Below, one piece after another: positions 20,997 to 31,598 of a stretch of DNA of 64,000 bases. Numbering within the stretch: position 1 is the first letter of the stretch; each line of letters starts with the position of its first letter. The notes beneath the pieces are model-generated. The model did not search any database and was not told the origin of the DNA. It saw only the letters and a program-made list of their open reading frames with translations. The position numbers were made by a program, and so were the translations under genes. The DNA comes from an uncultured Solirubrobacteraceae bacterium (GTDB lineage: Bacteria > Actinomycetota > Thermoleophilia > Solirubrobacterales > Solirubrobacteraceae): positions 73,601 to 137,600 of the forward strand of contig CAVSSW010000008.1 in NCBI GenBank assembly GCA_963730755.1, written 5' to 3'.

Positions 20997-22173
20997 ATGA
21001 GTGACCTCGCCGCTGCTCCCGCATTCCCGAAGCCGGTCCCGGCCGCACGCCTGGAACCGACCCCGGTGCGCGACGGCGAGCCGTCCCGCACGGGCGCGGC
21101 CGACGCCGGAGCACGCCCCCGTCTCGTGGCTGATCAGCGACGGGATGGACCGCGAGCGGATGCTCGACATGGACCGTCTCGTCGCGCCGGTGCGGCGCAA
21201 GTCCTTCGTGGTGATGGCGCTCGCGCTGCTGTTGTGCGGGCCGTGGCTGGGCTGGTGGACGGTCGCCCTGCTGGCGGTGCGCCGGCGTGCTCTTCAAGAT
21301 CGCGGACGACGCGATCGAGCGGGTGACGCACCCGGAGTACCTGCTGTTCGCGGCGTGGGCGGGCTCGCAGCTGATGATCGCGCTCGCGGTCGTGCTCACC
21401 GGCGGGCCGCACTCGCCCGCGATGGCGTGGTTCGCGATCCCGATCGTGACCCTCAGCGCGCGCTTTCCCACGCGCGGCGTGATCCTCGGGCCTGGCGGTG
21501 ACGGTCGACGATGATGATCGCGGTGGCCTTCGGCTCGGACGCGCACGCGGTGATCGCGAAGCCACCGCTGCTGATCATGCCGCTCGCGCTCTCGATCGCG
21601 GTTGCGATCCTCTCCACGGCGCTGATGCGCTCGGACGTGGCCCACCGCTCCGAAGCGGTGATCGACCCGCTCACGGGGATGCTCAACCGCAACTCGCTGA
21701 AGGACCGCACCTACGAGCTCGCGCACCAGTCCAAGCGCACGGGACAGCCGGTGGGGTTGATCGTGGGCGACCTCGACCACTTCAAGCAGGTCAACGACAA
21801 CTTCGGGCACGCGACGGGCGACGCGGTGCTGCAGGACGTGGCCTACCTGCTGCGCAAGCAGCTCCGAGCGTTCGACCTCGCCTACCGGATCGGCGGTGAG
21901 GAGTTCCTCGTGCTGCTCCCCGGTGCGAACCTCGAGCAGACCGCGGCGATGGCGGAGCGGCTGCGCCAGGGCGTCCAGGCGGACACCGTCGGCGGGGGAC
22001 TGCGGGTGACGATGAGCTTCGGCGTCTCAGCGTCCGTGCACGAGGCGGCCTTCGACTACCAGCGCGTGTGCGAAGAGGCCGACGAAGCTCTCTATGAGGC
22101 CAAGCGCTCTGGACGCAACCGCGTCTGCGGCAACCCCGGTGCGCCTCAGCTCGCCGTGCTCGCAGGCGCCTGA
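20997..22173 (+). CDS. Membrane diguanylate cyclase, GGEEF (frameshifted)
   Basis: DPLTGMLNR, DLDHFKQVND.FGH.TGD, RIGGEEF, ADEALYEAK.SGRNR; TM N-terminus split over several frames. Confidence 0.85.
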
Positions 22174-22209
22174 GCGAAGCGCGCCGCCGCGGGCGGCTAC
22201 CGTAGCCAC

Positions 22210-23839
22210 ATGGAGGCAGGGAGCTCAGCGGCGGCACGGCGACTGACGCTGATCGCGTGCATCCTCGGCTCGGGGATCGTGCTGCTCGACGGGACGGTGG
22301 TGAACGTCGCGCTGCCGACTATCCAGCGCGCGCTCGGCGGTGGGCTCGCGGCGCAGCAGTGGGTGGTGAACGGCTATCTGCTCACGCTCGGCTCGCTGAT
22401 CCTGATCGGCGGCTCGCTCGGCGACCTCTACGGCGAGCGCCGCGTCTTCGCGCTCGGCGTGGCGGGATTCGGGGCGGCGTCCGCGATCTGTGCGGCGGCG
22501 CCCGTCTATCGGGGTGCTGGTGGGCGCGCGCGCGCTGCAGGGAGTGGCGGGCGCGCTGCTCGTGCCGAGCTCGCTCGCGGTGATCGTGAACACCTTCCCG
22601 GAGCAGGAGCGCGGACCCGCGATCGGGACATGGACGGCCTGGGGCGCGATCGCGGGGGTGCTCGGCCCGCTCGCGGGCGGCGAGCTGCTCGACATCGCCT
22701 CGTGGCGCTGGATCTTCGTGATGAACGTGCCGCTCGTCGGCGATCTGCGTGACGCTGATCCTACAGCGATCCCGCCGAGCGCACCGCGCGCGGCGGGTGC
22801 GCGGCGGGTGGACGTTCCCGGCGGCCTGCTCTGCGCGCTCGGCCTCGGCGGTCCGGTGTTCGCGCTGATCGAGCAGCCGCGCCTGGGCTGGTCGAGCGCG
22901 GCGGTCTTCCTCCCGCTCGCGGCGGGCGGGTTGCTGCTCGCGCTCTTCACGCTCTACGAGTCGCGCACGGAGGACCCGATGCTGCCGCTGCGGCTGTTCC
23001 GCCGCCGCAACTTCTCGGCGGGGAACGTGGAGACGTTCGCGATGTACGCGGGCCTGTCGATCCTCTTCTTCTTCCTCGTTCTCTTCCTTCAGCAGATCGG
23101 CGGCTACTCGCCGCTGAAGAGCGGGCTCGCGACGCTGCCGGTGACGGTGGTGATGTTCTTCCTCTCACGGCGCTTCGGCGCGCTCGCGGATCGCTTCGGG
23201 CCACGGTTCTTCATGGGCGCGGGACCGCTGCTCGCCGCCGCCGGGCTGCTGCTGTTCCAGAACGCGGGCGTGAAGGTGGGCTACCTCTCCGAAGTGCTGC
23301 CGCCGCTGATCCTCTTCGCGCTCGGCCTCTCGATGACGGTCGCGCCGCTCACCGCGGCGGTGCTCGCGGGCTCCGAGCGCGAGGCGGGAATCGCCTCGGG
23401 GGTGAACAACGCGGTAGCCCGTGTGGCGGGCCTGCTCGGGACGGCCGCGGTGGGCGCGGCGATCGCGTCCTCCTTCGCGAGCGCGATGAACAGCAGGCTG
23501 ATCGGCGTGCAGCTCGGCCCCGCGGCGCAGGCGGCGGTGCGCGAAGCCAAGCGCCTGCCTCTCGGCAAGCCGAAGCTCACGGGCATGCCCTCGGCGCAGG
23601 CCCATGCGGTGCGGGTGGCCGCGGAAGGCGCCTCGCTGCACGCGTTCCACCTTGGGATGATGATCGCGGCGGCGCTCGTCGCGATCGGTGGGCTGATCGG
23701 AGCGGCTGGGATCCGGAACCCACGGCGCGCGGAGGTGAGGGCGAGCGAATGCGCGGGAGGTCAGCTCGTTGGGGTGAGCAGCCCGGAGCATCACGCGAGC
23801 GGGCGTGGAGAGGAACCCGAACCCGCGCCGGCTGCTTGA
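22210..23839 (+). CDS. DHA2-family MFS transporter (frameshift near 22500)
   Basis: LDGTVVNVALP, GGSLGDLYGERR, GPLAGG...WRWIF.MNVP, ASGVNNAVARVAG. Confidence 0.9.
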
Positions 23840-25773
23840 ATCGCGCCGTGCTCAGTAGGGCGCAGAGATCGGGCCTGGCCGTCGTGGGGATCGTGCTGCT
23901 CGCGTTCCTGATCGCCCCGGTGGCGGGGGCGACGGTGTACTGCGTGAACGAACCAGCCTGTCCCGCGGGCGGGGTCGACGAAGGGAGCTCGGGCGCGGCG
24001 CTGCAGCGCGCGCTCGACGCGGCGGCTGTGCACGCGAACTCCGGCGGCCCCGACCGGGTGCTGATCGGCTCGGGTACCTACACGCGCGCGGGCGGGTTCA
24101 GCTACACGGGCGACGCGGTCGCGGTGCAGGGTGCGGGGCCGGGGCTCACCACGCTCACGCGCGACGCGATCGAAGGGGGGACGGCGCTCACGGTCGACGC
24201 GGCCGAATCTCCGAGCCCGAGCGTGAGCGCGCTGCGGGTGCTGCTCCCGGCGGGCCGCGCGATGACGGGCGTCGCGCTGAGCGCGGGAAGGCTCGAAGGG
24301 CTCGCGATCGAATCGCCGTCGGGAGCGGCGGGGGCGACGGATCTGAAGCTCGAAGGCGGCACCTTCGCGGGCGGGCAGATCGAAGCGATCAGCGGGACGG
24401 GGATCGACGCGCGTGGGGGAGAGGTGAGCTCCTCGACCGTGAGGGGAGCGAGCGAGGGCGTGGCAGTGGCGGGAGCGGGGACGCTCCTGCGCGGGGACGT
24501 GATCTCCGGAGGCCTGCCGCTGCTCGGAGACGACGCGGAAGGGCTGGTGGTCGAAGACTCGCTGGTGGAGATGCTCGGGGCGAGCGTGGGGGTGGAGCTG
24601 ATCGCGAACGGGGCTGGGGCGACGAGCGCGGCGCTGCGCAACGACGCGCTCGTGGGAGGCGGGGGGACGGGTGTGCTGCTCGACGGCGAAGGAGCGCCGG
24701 TGAGCGCAACGCTCGTGAGCTCGATCGTGAGCGAAGCGGCCACCCCGATCGCGGTGGGGGGTCAGGGGTCCGGGACCGCGCGCGTGTCGACGAGCTACTC
24801 CGCCTACGACGCGGGGAGCGTGCGCACGCTGCCGGGCGGAAGCGTCGAATCCGAAGCGGTGCTCGCGTCGAGCCCCGAGTTCGTGTCCCCGCTCGGGGGC
24901 GACTTCCATCTCGCCCCGGGCTCACCGCTGATCGACGCGGGCCGGCCCGGCGCGCCCGCCGCGGGCGAATCGAGCGTGGACCTCGGCGGCGATCCACGAA
25001 TCGTGAACGGGCGGCGCGACGTGGGGCCATACGAGTACCAGTGGCGGGGTCCGGTGGCGAGTGCGCTGGCCGACCATGCCCGGATCGAAATCGGCGAGCC
25101 GGTGAGCTTCAGCGGCACGGCGTCGACGAGCGAACCGGGGGACTCGGTCGCGTCCTACCAGTGGAGCTTCGACGACGGAGCGGAAGTGGCCCCGGGCGCG
25201 AAGGCGCTGCACGCGTTCTCCTCGCTCGGGATGCACCAGGCGACGCTCAGGGTGAGCGACCTCGCGGGCCTCAGCGCGAGCGTGTCGGTGGAGGTTCACG
25301 TCGAAGCGCTCTCGATCTGCCGCGAGGCGGCGTGCGGAGGTTGCGGGGCGGGCGAACCGAAGGAATGCGTGCTCGGCCGGTCGGTGGCTGCGCTGCGGAT
25401 CAGGCCCGGCGCGTTCACCGCCGCGCGACGCGGGGGCACGATGGGAGGGAACCACGGGGGCGAGGTGAGCTACCGGGTGCTCGGCGGGGTGAGCCTCGTT
25501 GAGTTCAGCGTGCGGCGGATGCTCCCGGGTGTGAAGAGCGGAGCGGGATGCGTTGCGCCGCGGAAGTCGCTGCGAGGGGTGCCCTGCGTGCGCAGCGGCC
25601 CGGTGGTCGGAGGGTTCTCGCGCATCAGCCCGGAGGGGGGCAACTCGTTCCGTCTCACCGGGCGCATCGGTGGCCGGGCCTTAAGCCCGGGGCGCTACGC
25701 GCTGATCGCGAGGACCGCGAGCGACCGCTCCGGCGCGGGCGCGCAGCGTGCGCTCTTCCGGATCGGCAGCTGA
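23836..25773 (+). CDS. Secreted beta-helix-like protein with choice-of-anchor-Q-like motif and PKD domain
   Basis: Signal peptide; DFHLAPGSPLIDAG...D.GPYEY; SYQWSFDDG..HAF...G...ATLRVSD (PKD). Confidence 0.75.
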   Translation: MNRAVLSRAQRSGLAVVGIVLLAFLIAPVAGATVYCVNEPACPAGGVDEGSSGAALQRALDAAAVHANSGGPDRVLIGSGTYTRAGGFSYTGDAVAVQGAGPGLTTLTRDAIEGGTALTVDAAESPSPSVSALRVLLPAGRAMTGVALSAGRLEGLAIESPSGAAGATDLKLEGGTFAGGQIEAISGTGIDARGGEVSSSTVRGASEGVAVAGAGTLLRGDVISGGLPLLGDDAEGLVVEDSLVEMLGASVGVELIANGAGATSAALRNDALVGGGGTGVLLDGEGAPVSATLVSSIVSEAATPIAVGGQGSGTARVSTSYSAYDAGSVRTLPGGSVESEAVLASSPEFVSPLGGDFHLAPGSPLIDAGRPGAPAAGESSVDLGGDPRIVNGRRDVGPYEYQWRGPVASALADHARIEIGEPVSFSGTASTSEPGDSVASYQWSFDDGAEVAPGAKALHAFSSLGMHQATLRVSDLAGLSASVSVEVHVEALSICREAACGGCGAGEPKECVLGRSVAALRIRPGAFTAARRGGTMGGNHGGEVSYRVLGGVSLVEFSVRRMLPGVKSGAGCVAPRKSLRGVPCVRSGPVVGGFSRISPEGGNSFRLTGRIGGRALSPGRYALIARTASDRSGAGAQRALFRIGS

Positions 25774-25785
25774 GGTCCGGTGGCG

Positions 25786-26106
25786 TCAGCCTGCGACGTT
25801 CGCGTAGTCGCGCATCGCCTCGATCAGCGGGGCGAGCCGACGGCCGCGGTCGGTGAGGCGGTACTCGACGGTGGGCGGACTGGAGGGAATCACGTTGCGC
25901 TCGACGAGGCCCGCCGCCTCGAGATCGCGCAGGCGCTCGGAGAGCATCCGCGGTGAGATCCCGGCGACGGCCTCGGCGAATTCGTTGAAGCGCAGCGCAC
26001 CGGAGAGCGCGGCGTAGAGGATCGAGAGCTGCCAGCGCCGCTCGAGCAGGGAGGCGGTCTCCCTGACCTCGAGCGGCACAGGCTCACATCTACGCGTGCG
26101 CGACAT
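25786..26106 (-). CDS. HxlR-family wHTH regulator
   Basis: RFNEF...GISPRMLSERLRDLE..GLVER...PPTVEYRLT. Confidence 0.9.
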   Translation of the reverse strand: MSRTRRCEPVPLEVRETASLLERRWQLSILYAALSGALRFNEFAEAVAGISPRMLSERLRDLEAAGLVERNVIPSSPPTVEYRLTDRGRRLAPLIEAMRDYANVAG

Positions 26107-28594
26107 CGCGGGCGGGCTCCAGGGCGCGGTCGAGGACCTCCTGGACGGTCATCACCGGATGGAAGGTCATCTGCTTGGAGACCTCCTCCGGGATGTCGTC
26201 GAGGTCGCCTCGGTTGCGCTCCGGGAGGATCACGTCCGTCAGTCCCGCGGCGTGCGCGGCGAGCACCTTCTGCTTCAGGCCGCCGATCGGGAGCACCTTG
26301 CCCTGCAGGGTGACCTCACCGGTCATCCCCACGGTGTGCTTGACGGGGCGCCCGCTGAGCAGCGAGGCGAGGGCGGTGACCATCGTCACGCCCGCGCTCG
26401 GGCCGTCCTTCGGGATCGCTCCCGCGGGGACGTGGACGTGGAACTCCCTGTTCTCGAAGGAGTCCTCCTCGATGCCGAGCTCCTCGGCGTGGCCGCGCAC
26501 GTAGGAGAGCGCGATCTGCGCGGACTCCTTCATCACGTCGCCGAGCTGCCCGGTGAGCACGAGCCCTCCCTTGCCGCCGTTCTTCATCGCGGTGGCCTCC
26601 ACGAAGAGCACATCGCCTCCGGCGCCTGTGACCGCTAGCCCGGTGGCCACGCCCGGCGTGGCCGTGCGCGAAGCGGACTCCTGGAAGAACTTCTGGCGTC
26701 CGAGCGCGTCGCGCACGGCCTCCAGGTCGATCTTCACGGGGATCTCGATGCTCTGCGTCGCCTCCGCCGCGGCTGATGCCGTGCCGTTGGGGACGTTGGC
26801 CTGCGCCTCGGCCGCGGCTGATGCCGTGCCGTTGGGGACGCTCGCCTCGGCGACCGCAGCGGCTGCGGCGGTGCCGTTCTGAACCGGGGCCTCGGCGGCC
26901 TCAGCGGTCCCGGTGACCTGCGCGGATGCGATCTTCGTGGCGGTCTTTCGCAGGATCGTGCCGAGGTTGCGCTCGAGGTTTCGCACGCCGGCCTCGCGGG
27001 TGTACTCGGTGATGATCGTCTTCAGGATCTCGTCAGAGACCTCGACCTCGTCCTCACGCAGACCGTTGCGGTCGCGCTGGCGGGGCCAGAGGTAGCCCTT
27101 GGCGATGGCGAGCTTCTCCTCGGTGGTGTAGCCATCGAAGGAGATGACCTCCATGCGGTCGAGCAACGGTCCGGGGATCGTGTCCGCGACGTTCGCCGTG
27201 GCGAGGAACATGACCTGGGAGAGGTCGAGCTCGACGTCGAGGTAGTGGTCGCGGAAGGAGTGGTTCTGCGCGGGGTCGAGGACCTCGAGCAGGGCGGCGG
27301 AGGGGTCGCCTCGCCAGTCCGCTCCGACCTTGTCGACCTCGTCGAGCAGGATCACCGGGTTCATCGTGCCCGCGTCGCGCAGCGCACGCACCAGCCGGCC
27401 CGGGAGGGCGCCGATGTAGGTGCGGCGGTGACCGCGGATCTCGGCCTCGTCACGGACGCCGCCGAGCGACATGCGCACGAACTCGCGGCCGGTGGCCTTG
27501 GCGATCGACTCGCCGATCGAGGTCTTGCCGGTGCCCGGGGGCCCGATCAGGGTGAGGATCGCGCCGGACTTCGGGTCGGCCTCGATGCCACGCTCCTGGC
27601 GGAGCTTGCGCACGGCGAGGTACTCGGTGACGCGGTCCTTGACGTCCTCCAGCCCGGCGTGGTCGGCGTCGAGCACGGCACGCGCGGCCACAGGGTCCAG
27701 ACGCTCCTCCGAGCGCTTGCCCCACGGCACGGCGATCAGCCAGTCGAGGTAGGTGCGGATCATCGAGGACTCGCCGGTCTGCTCGCCCATGCGCTCCAGG
27801 CGCGCGAGCTCCTTGTTGGCCTGCTCGCGGACCTCGTCGGGCATCCCGGACTCGTCGATCTTCGTGCGGTACTCCTCGGCGACGGACGCGTCGTCCTCGC
27901 CGAGCTCCTTGCGGATCGAGTCCATCTGCTTGCGCAGGAAGTACTCGCGCTGCTGGTTCTCAGCGCCCTCCTGCACGTCCTCGCGGATGCGCTTGCGCAC
28001 CTGCAGCTCTGCGAGCGAGTCGCGCTGCAGTTTGACGGCGAGCTCGAGGCGCGCGGTCACGTCGATCGTGCGCAGCAGCTCGACCTTCTGCTCGTAGGTG
28101 AGGCTGGGCGAGTAGCCCGCCGAGTCGGCGAGCGAGCCGGGCTCGGCGATCGCGCGCAGGAAGGCGGAGATGCGCCCGTCATCGCCACGCAGCTCGAGGA
28201 TCTCCTCGACGGTGGCGCGGTACTCACGCTCGAGCTCGCGGGTGCGGCCGTCGACGGGTACCTCGTCGGGGCGCTCGTCCACCTCGACACGCAGCTCGCC
28301 GCCGGGACCCGTCTCGGCCTTGCCGATCAGGGCACGGTGCTCGCCGGAGAGGGCGACCGCGCGGCCGCCGCCGGGGAGGCGGATCTTCTCGGAGACCTCG
28401 GCGATCGTGCCGACCTCGAGGAACTCGTTCTCGTGACGGGGGACGAGCACCACGCGCTCGTCATCCCCCACGTCGATCGTGAGGGTGATCCCCATGTTGG
28501 GGAAGACGACCGTGTCGTCGAGCGGGATCAGGCGAAGGCGCTGGGGGGAGGGGTCGGACAGGGTGTTCTGATCTGGGGGAGAGGCAGGTGTCAT
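26090..28594 (-). CDS. lon: ATP-dependent Lon protease
   Basis: [24 protein letters not shown] (catalytic Ser), [12 protein letters not shown]. Confidence 0.97.
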   Translation of the reverse strand: MTPASPPDQNTLSDPSPQRLRLIPLDDTVVFPNMGITLTIDVGDDERVVLVPRHENEFLEVGTIAEVSEKIRLPGGGRAVALSGEHRALIGKAETGPGGELRVEVDERPDEVPVDGRTRELEREYRATVEEILELRGDDGRISAFLRAIAEPGSLADSAGYSPSLTYEQKVELLRTIDVTARLELAVKLQRDSLAELQVRKRIREDVQEGAENQQREYFLRKQMDSIRKELGEDDASVAEEYRTKIDESGMPDEVREQANKELARLERMGEQTGESSMIRTYLDWLIAVPWGKRSEERLDPVAARAVLDADHAGLEDVKDRVTEYLAVRKLRQERGIEADPKSGAILTLIGPPGTGKTSIGESIAKATGREFVRMSLGGVRDEAEIRGHRRTYIGALPGRLVRALRDAGTMNPVILLDEVDKVGADWRGDPSAALLEVLDPAQNHSFRDHYLDVELDLSQVMFLATANVADTIPGPLLDRMEVISFDGYTTEEKLAIAKGYLWPRQRDRNGLREDEVEVSDEILKTIITEYTREAGVRNLERNLGTILRKTATKIASAQVTGTAEAAEAPVQNGTAAAAAVAEASVPNGTASAAAEAQANVPNGTASAAAEATQSIEIPVKIDLEAVRDALGRQKFFQESASRTATPGVATGLAVTGAGGDVLFVEATAMKNGGKGGLVLTGQLGDVMKESAQIALSYVRGHAEELGIEEDSFENREFHVHVPAGAIPKDGPSAGVTMVTALASLLSGRPVKHTVGMTGEVTLQGKVLPIGGLKQKVLAAHAAGLTDVILPERNRGDLDDIPEEVSKQMTFHPVMTVQEVLDRALEPARDVAHA
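26766..26840. repeat. Exact 30-bp direct repeat (45-bp period) inside lon
   Basis: gccgcggctgatgccgtgccgttggggacg at 26766-26795 and 26811-26840, encoding VPNGTASAA twice; a degenerate third copy is adjacent. Confidence 0.85.
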
Positions 28595-28633
28595 AAAGGT
28601 TCTCGCTCCATATGAGCTTACGAAAGTTTAGTT

Positions 28634-28661
28634 AGTATAGCGCGAGTGATTGCAGGCGCAA
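28634..28661 (-). promoter_or_regulatory. Probable housekeeping-sigma promoter of lon
   Basis: Minus strand TTGCGC-N16-TATACT in an AT-rich patch upstream of lon. Confidence 0.55.
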
Positions 28662-28757
28662 GTAGTTTCTGGTGATGGCGAGAAAGCGCATTGCAGAGCC
28701 GTTTTTCGTGGGCCGGGGCGGGGAGCGGTTGCGGTTTCGGCCTCTATGTGCGGCAGA

Positions 28758-28997
28758 TCAGCCCGCGTTGAACGGGTCGTAGGGCTCGGGCTCGGGCTCG
28801 TCGGCAGGGTGCTCCTCGGCCGGGGTTCGAGGCCGCGCGGGAGCGGAGCCCACGCCGGGGAGGACACCGTGCTTGGCGCGTTCGATCGCGCTGCCCTTGC
28901 CGATCAGCCAGCGGCCGGCGATCCGCACCGCGATCAGGATCGCGAAGATCGCGGCGAGCGTGGCGATCTGGGCGGGAGTGGAGAGGGCTAGGGGCAT
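28758..28997 (-). CDS. Small single-TM hypothetical protein
   Basis: MPLALSTPAQIATLAAIFAILIAVRIAGRW, acidic Pro-rich tail. Confidence 0.5.
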   Translation of the reverse strand: MPLALSTPAQIATLAAIFAILIAVRIAGRWLIGKGSAIERAKHGVLPGVGSAPARPRTPAEEHPADEPEPEPYDPFNAG

Positions 28998-29052
28998 CGA
29001 GGGTGCGCGCACCATAATGCGCCGTCCCCGCACAACACCCAAGGAGAAGACC

Positions 29053-29439
29053 GTGTCGAGCTACAACATCGTGAACTTCCGCGACCTCCCCGACTCCGTG
29101 GGCGACCGCGCGCCCGAGGTGGAGGGACGCTTCAGTCGCAGCGCGATCGCCTCACGCGATCTCGGGGTGAGCCTCTGGGAGTACAAGCCGAACTTCCGCA
29201 GCCCGATGGGGCACAGCCACAAGGTCCAGGAGGAGGCCTACGTGGTGGTGAGCGGCTCCGGCCGCGTGCTGCTCGACGGTGAGACGCACGAGCTCAAGCA
29301 GTGGGACGTGGTCCGCGTGGCCCCCGAGGTGGTGCGCGCCTTCGAGTCCGGCCCCGACGGGCTCGACCTGATCGCGGTCGGAGGCCCGAAGCCCGAGGAG
29401 GGCGACGGCGTGATGGGCGAGGCGACCTGGCCGGAGTAG
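29053..29439 (+). CDS. Cupin-domain protein
   Basis: RBS AAGGAG before GTG; GHSHKVQEEAYVVVSGSG. Confidence 0.85.
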   Translation: MSSYNIVNFRDLPDSVGDRAPEVEGRFSRSAIASRDLGVSLWEYKPNFRSPMGHSHKVQEEAYVVVSGSGRVLLDGETHELKQWDVVRVAPEVVRAFESGPDGLDLIAVGGPKPEEGDGVMGEATWPE

Positions 29440-29497
29440 GGGGTAGTGCGGCGCGTTCGTGTGCGCGGCGGAGGTCGTGAGCGCGAGCGCGCCGGGT

Positions 29498-30025
29498 TCA
29501 GGTCTTCATGCCGGTTGGCGGGGGAGGCGGCTCGCCGTATGCGGACGGAGGACGGACGGGCTTGGCCCCCTCTACGGTGCGCTCGTCTCGGAAGAGGCAC
29601 AGGACCAGGCTGCCGGGACGGGCGGCTGAGGGGGCCAGCACGCCCCGATAACCCTCGCGGTGCAGCCTCTCGCCGCACTGCTGGAACGGCTCCCAGCTGC
29701 TGCGTCCAGGCACGGGGACCGGAAGGTCGACCTTCTCGAGCCTCGCCGTTGAGGAGAGGTCGGCGATCTCGTTGATGCGGACACGCCACCTCCAGAGGTC
29801 GACGGGAACGGCTCGCGATGGCGGCAACGCGACCTCGGCGAGGAATCGGTACCACTCGGCCCAAGCGGTCTCCGGTGTGTCGGCGAAGTAGACCGCGCGA
29901 ACGACCGCGCCGCGCTGCCAGCGACCCGAAGGAGCCGGTTCCGGCGCGAGCTGGGGGTCAGCGCCGTGCGGGATCTGTCGCCACCAGATCCCGGCAACGG
30001 AACGTCGCTCGGCGCTCGTCCCCAT
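29498..30025 (-). CDS. RES-domain toxin (NAD+ phosphorylase/ADP-ribosyltransferase-like)
   Basis: GRW...VYFA....TAWAE...APSAA (R-E-S residues), downstream of an Xre-type antitoxin. Confidence 0.8.
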   Translation of the reverse strand: MGTSAERRSVAGIWWRQIPHGADPQLAPEPAPSGRWQRGAVVRAVYFADTPETAWAEWYRFLAEVALPPSRAVPVDLWRWRVRINEIADLSSTARLEKVDLPVPVPGRSSWEPFQQCGERLHREGYRGVLAPSAARPGSLVLCLFRDERTVEGAKPVRPPSAYGEPPPPPTGMKT

Positions 30026-30034
30026 CGGGACTCG

Positions 30035-30391
30035 CTACGCCAGAGAGCCGGTTTCGATTGCTGAGATCAGTTCAGCCACAAGGACATATTCGCCGTTGGC
30101 GATGACGTCTACGGGCTTGCGCTCGTCGAGCGCTGGAACCGGGCGCCGGAGCCACACTCCGACGTAATCCGGCTCCATCACGCGCATCAGGCGTTCGGCG
30201 AGGGCCGACAGCTCGATCAGGCGCTCGGCTCTCTCGTTGGTCGGCGTCCGGGTGCCGGCCAGCCAAGCGCGCGCGGTGCTGCGCGCTACGCCAGTGGCAC
30301 GAGCGATGTCGGCATCCGACAGTCCGACGAGGTCGCGGAGCGAGCGGGCCTCGCGGATGAGAGGGGGAGGTACGGTGGCTTGAGCACCCAT
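30035..30391 (-). CDS. Xre/MbcA/ParS-type antitoxin
   Basis: HTH DIARATGVARSTARAW; C-terminal WLRRPVPALDERKPVDVI. Confidence 0.85.
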   Translation of the reverse strand: MGAQATVPPPLIREARSLRDLVGLSDADIARATGVARSTARAWLAGTRTPTNERAERLIELSALAERLMRVMEPDYVGVWLRRPVPALDERKPVDVIANGEYVLVAELISAIETGSLA

Positions 30392-30477
30392 GCCTGTAGC
30401 AGAATAGCAACTAGATAGTAGCGTCTCCTGGTCCGACCGGCTCTGCGTAGGCCGGACGGGATCGACGCGCGCGGCAC

Positions 30478-31455
30478 CTAGCCGGGCGACCCGCCGGTGG
30501 GGTCGCCGGCCTTCTCGTCGAAGGTGACCTCGACGTTCTCCTCGTGGATCCGCTCCTCGGTCTCGGCTGAGTGGGTGAGCGCGCGGCGGTCCGCCTCCAG
30601 CAGCGGGTTCGAGAAGAAGCTCCGTGGCCACAGGCGTCGTGCTTTGACGACGTTGACCTCGGCCGAGATCATCGTGAGCTGCGCTCCGAGGTAGAGCCAT
30701 GCGAGCAGACCGAGCACGACGGCGAAGAAGCCGTAGAGCGGGCTGGTGCGCTTGAGCGCGTGGTCGACGTAGTAGCCGCCGAGGATGTGCAGCAGCTCCC
30801 AGAGGATCGATGCGGTGATCACGCCCGGGAGCAGTTCGCGCCAGTGGAGGTCCACGGCCGTGAGCAGTTTGAAGGCGGCCATGAACAGCGCGAGGTTGGC
30901 GACGAGCGCGACGAGGACGCCACCGATCACCGCCGGGGCGGAGTGGTCTGAGGTGCCCACGAACCCGGCGGCGACGGTGGAGATGATCGAGATCGTGCCG
31001 AGCACCGCGAGAAGCCCGAGGCCCCGCAGCCGTGAGCGCAGGAAGTCGGGGCGGTGCTTGAAGGGCACGCTCCAAATCCGGTTGAAGGCCATCTGGGTGG
31101 CGCCGGTGAAGCCCATCCCCGCGAGTAGCGAGCCGACGACGCCGACCGTGAGCGCGACGGTGCTGCCTTCGATCGCGTGCAGTTTGAGGTAGTCGCTGAT
31201 CAGCGGGAACTGCCCGAGCGTGCCTTTGAGGATTTTCTGCTGCTCGCTGGGATCGCCCTGCAGGATGAAGCCCAGCACCGTCACGAAGACGAGCAGCAGC
31301 GGGAACAGGGAGACGAATGCGTAGTACGTGATCAGGGCGGCGAGCTGCCCGCCCTGATCGTCGCCGAACTTCTTGATCACCGCAGCAAGGAAGCTCACCC
31401 GGGGGCGCGTCTGCTGCTTGCGGTCGAGCTCGTGGAGGCGATCGCCCAGGCTCAT
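30478..31455 (-). CDS. YihY/BrkB-family membrane protein
   Basis: LAALITYYAFVSLFPLLL, YGFFAVVLGLLAWLYL...SAEVN. Confidence 0.9.
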   Translation of the reverse strand: MSLGDRLHELDRKQQTRPRVSFLAAVIKKFGDDQGGQLAALITYYAFVSLFPLLLVFVTVLGFILQGDPSEQQKILKGTLGQFPLISDYLKLHAIEGSTVALTVGVVGSLLAGMGFTGATQMAFNRIWSVPFKHRPDFLRSRLRGLGLLAVLGTISIISTVAAGFVGTSDHSAPAVIGGVLVALVANLALFMAAFKLLTAVDLHWRELLPGVITASILWELLHILGGYYVDHALKRTSPLYGFFAVVLGLLAWLYLGAQLTMISAEVNVVKARRLWPRSFFSNPLLEADRRALTHSAETEERIHEENVEVTFDEKAGDPTGGSPG

Positions 31456-31598
31456 CTCGGGCCGCGCTTTCGGCTTGTTCGAAATTGGGAGGGGGGTCTG
31501 AGAGGCCCTTCGCTCGACATCTTGGTGTGTCTACCCGATTTCAAGGACGAACAGGGGAGCGGTGGCCGGGCGCGGGTCGAATCGCCGACCCGGCGGAG

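Noticed and set aside
28640-28663. HspR HAIR operator upstream of lon
   Set aside because: CTTGCGC...ACTCGCG has several mismatches and the wrong spacing relative to CTTGAGT-N7-ACTCAAG.
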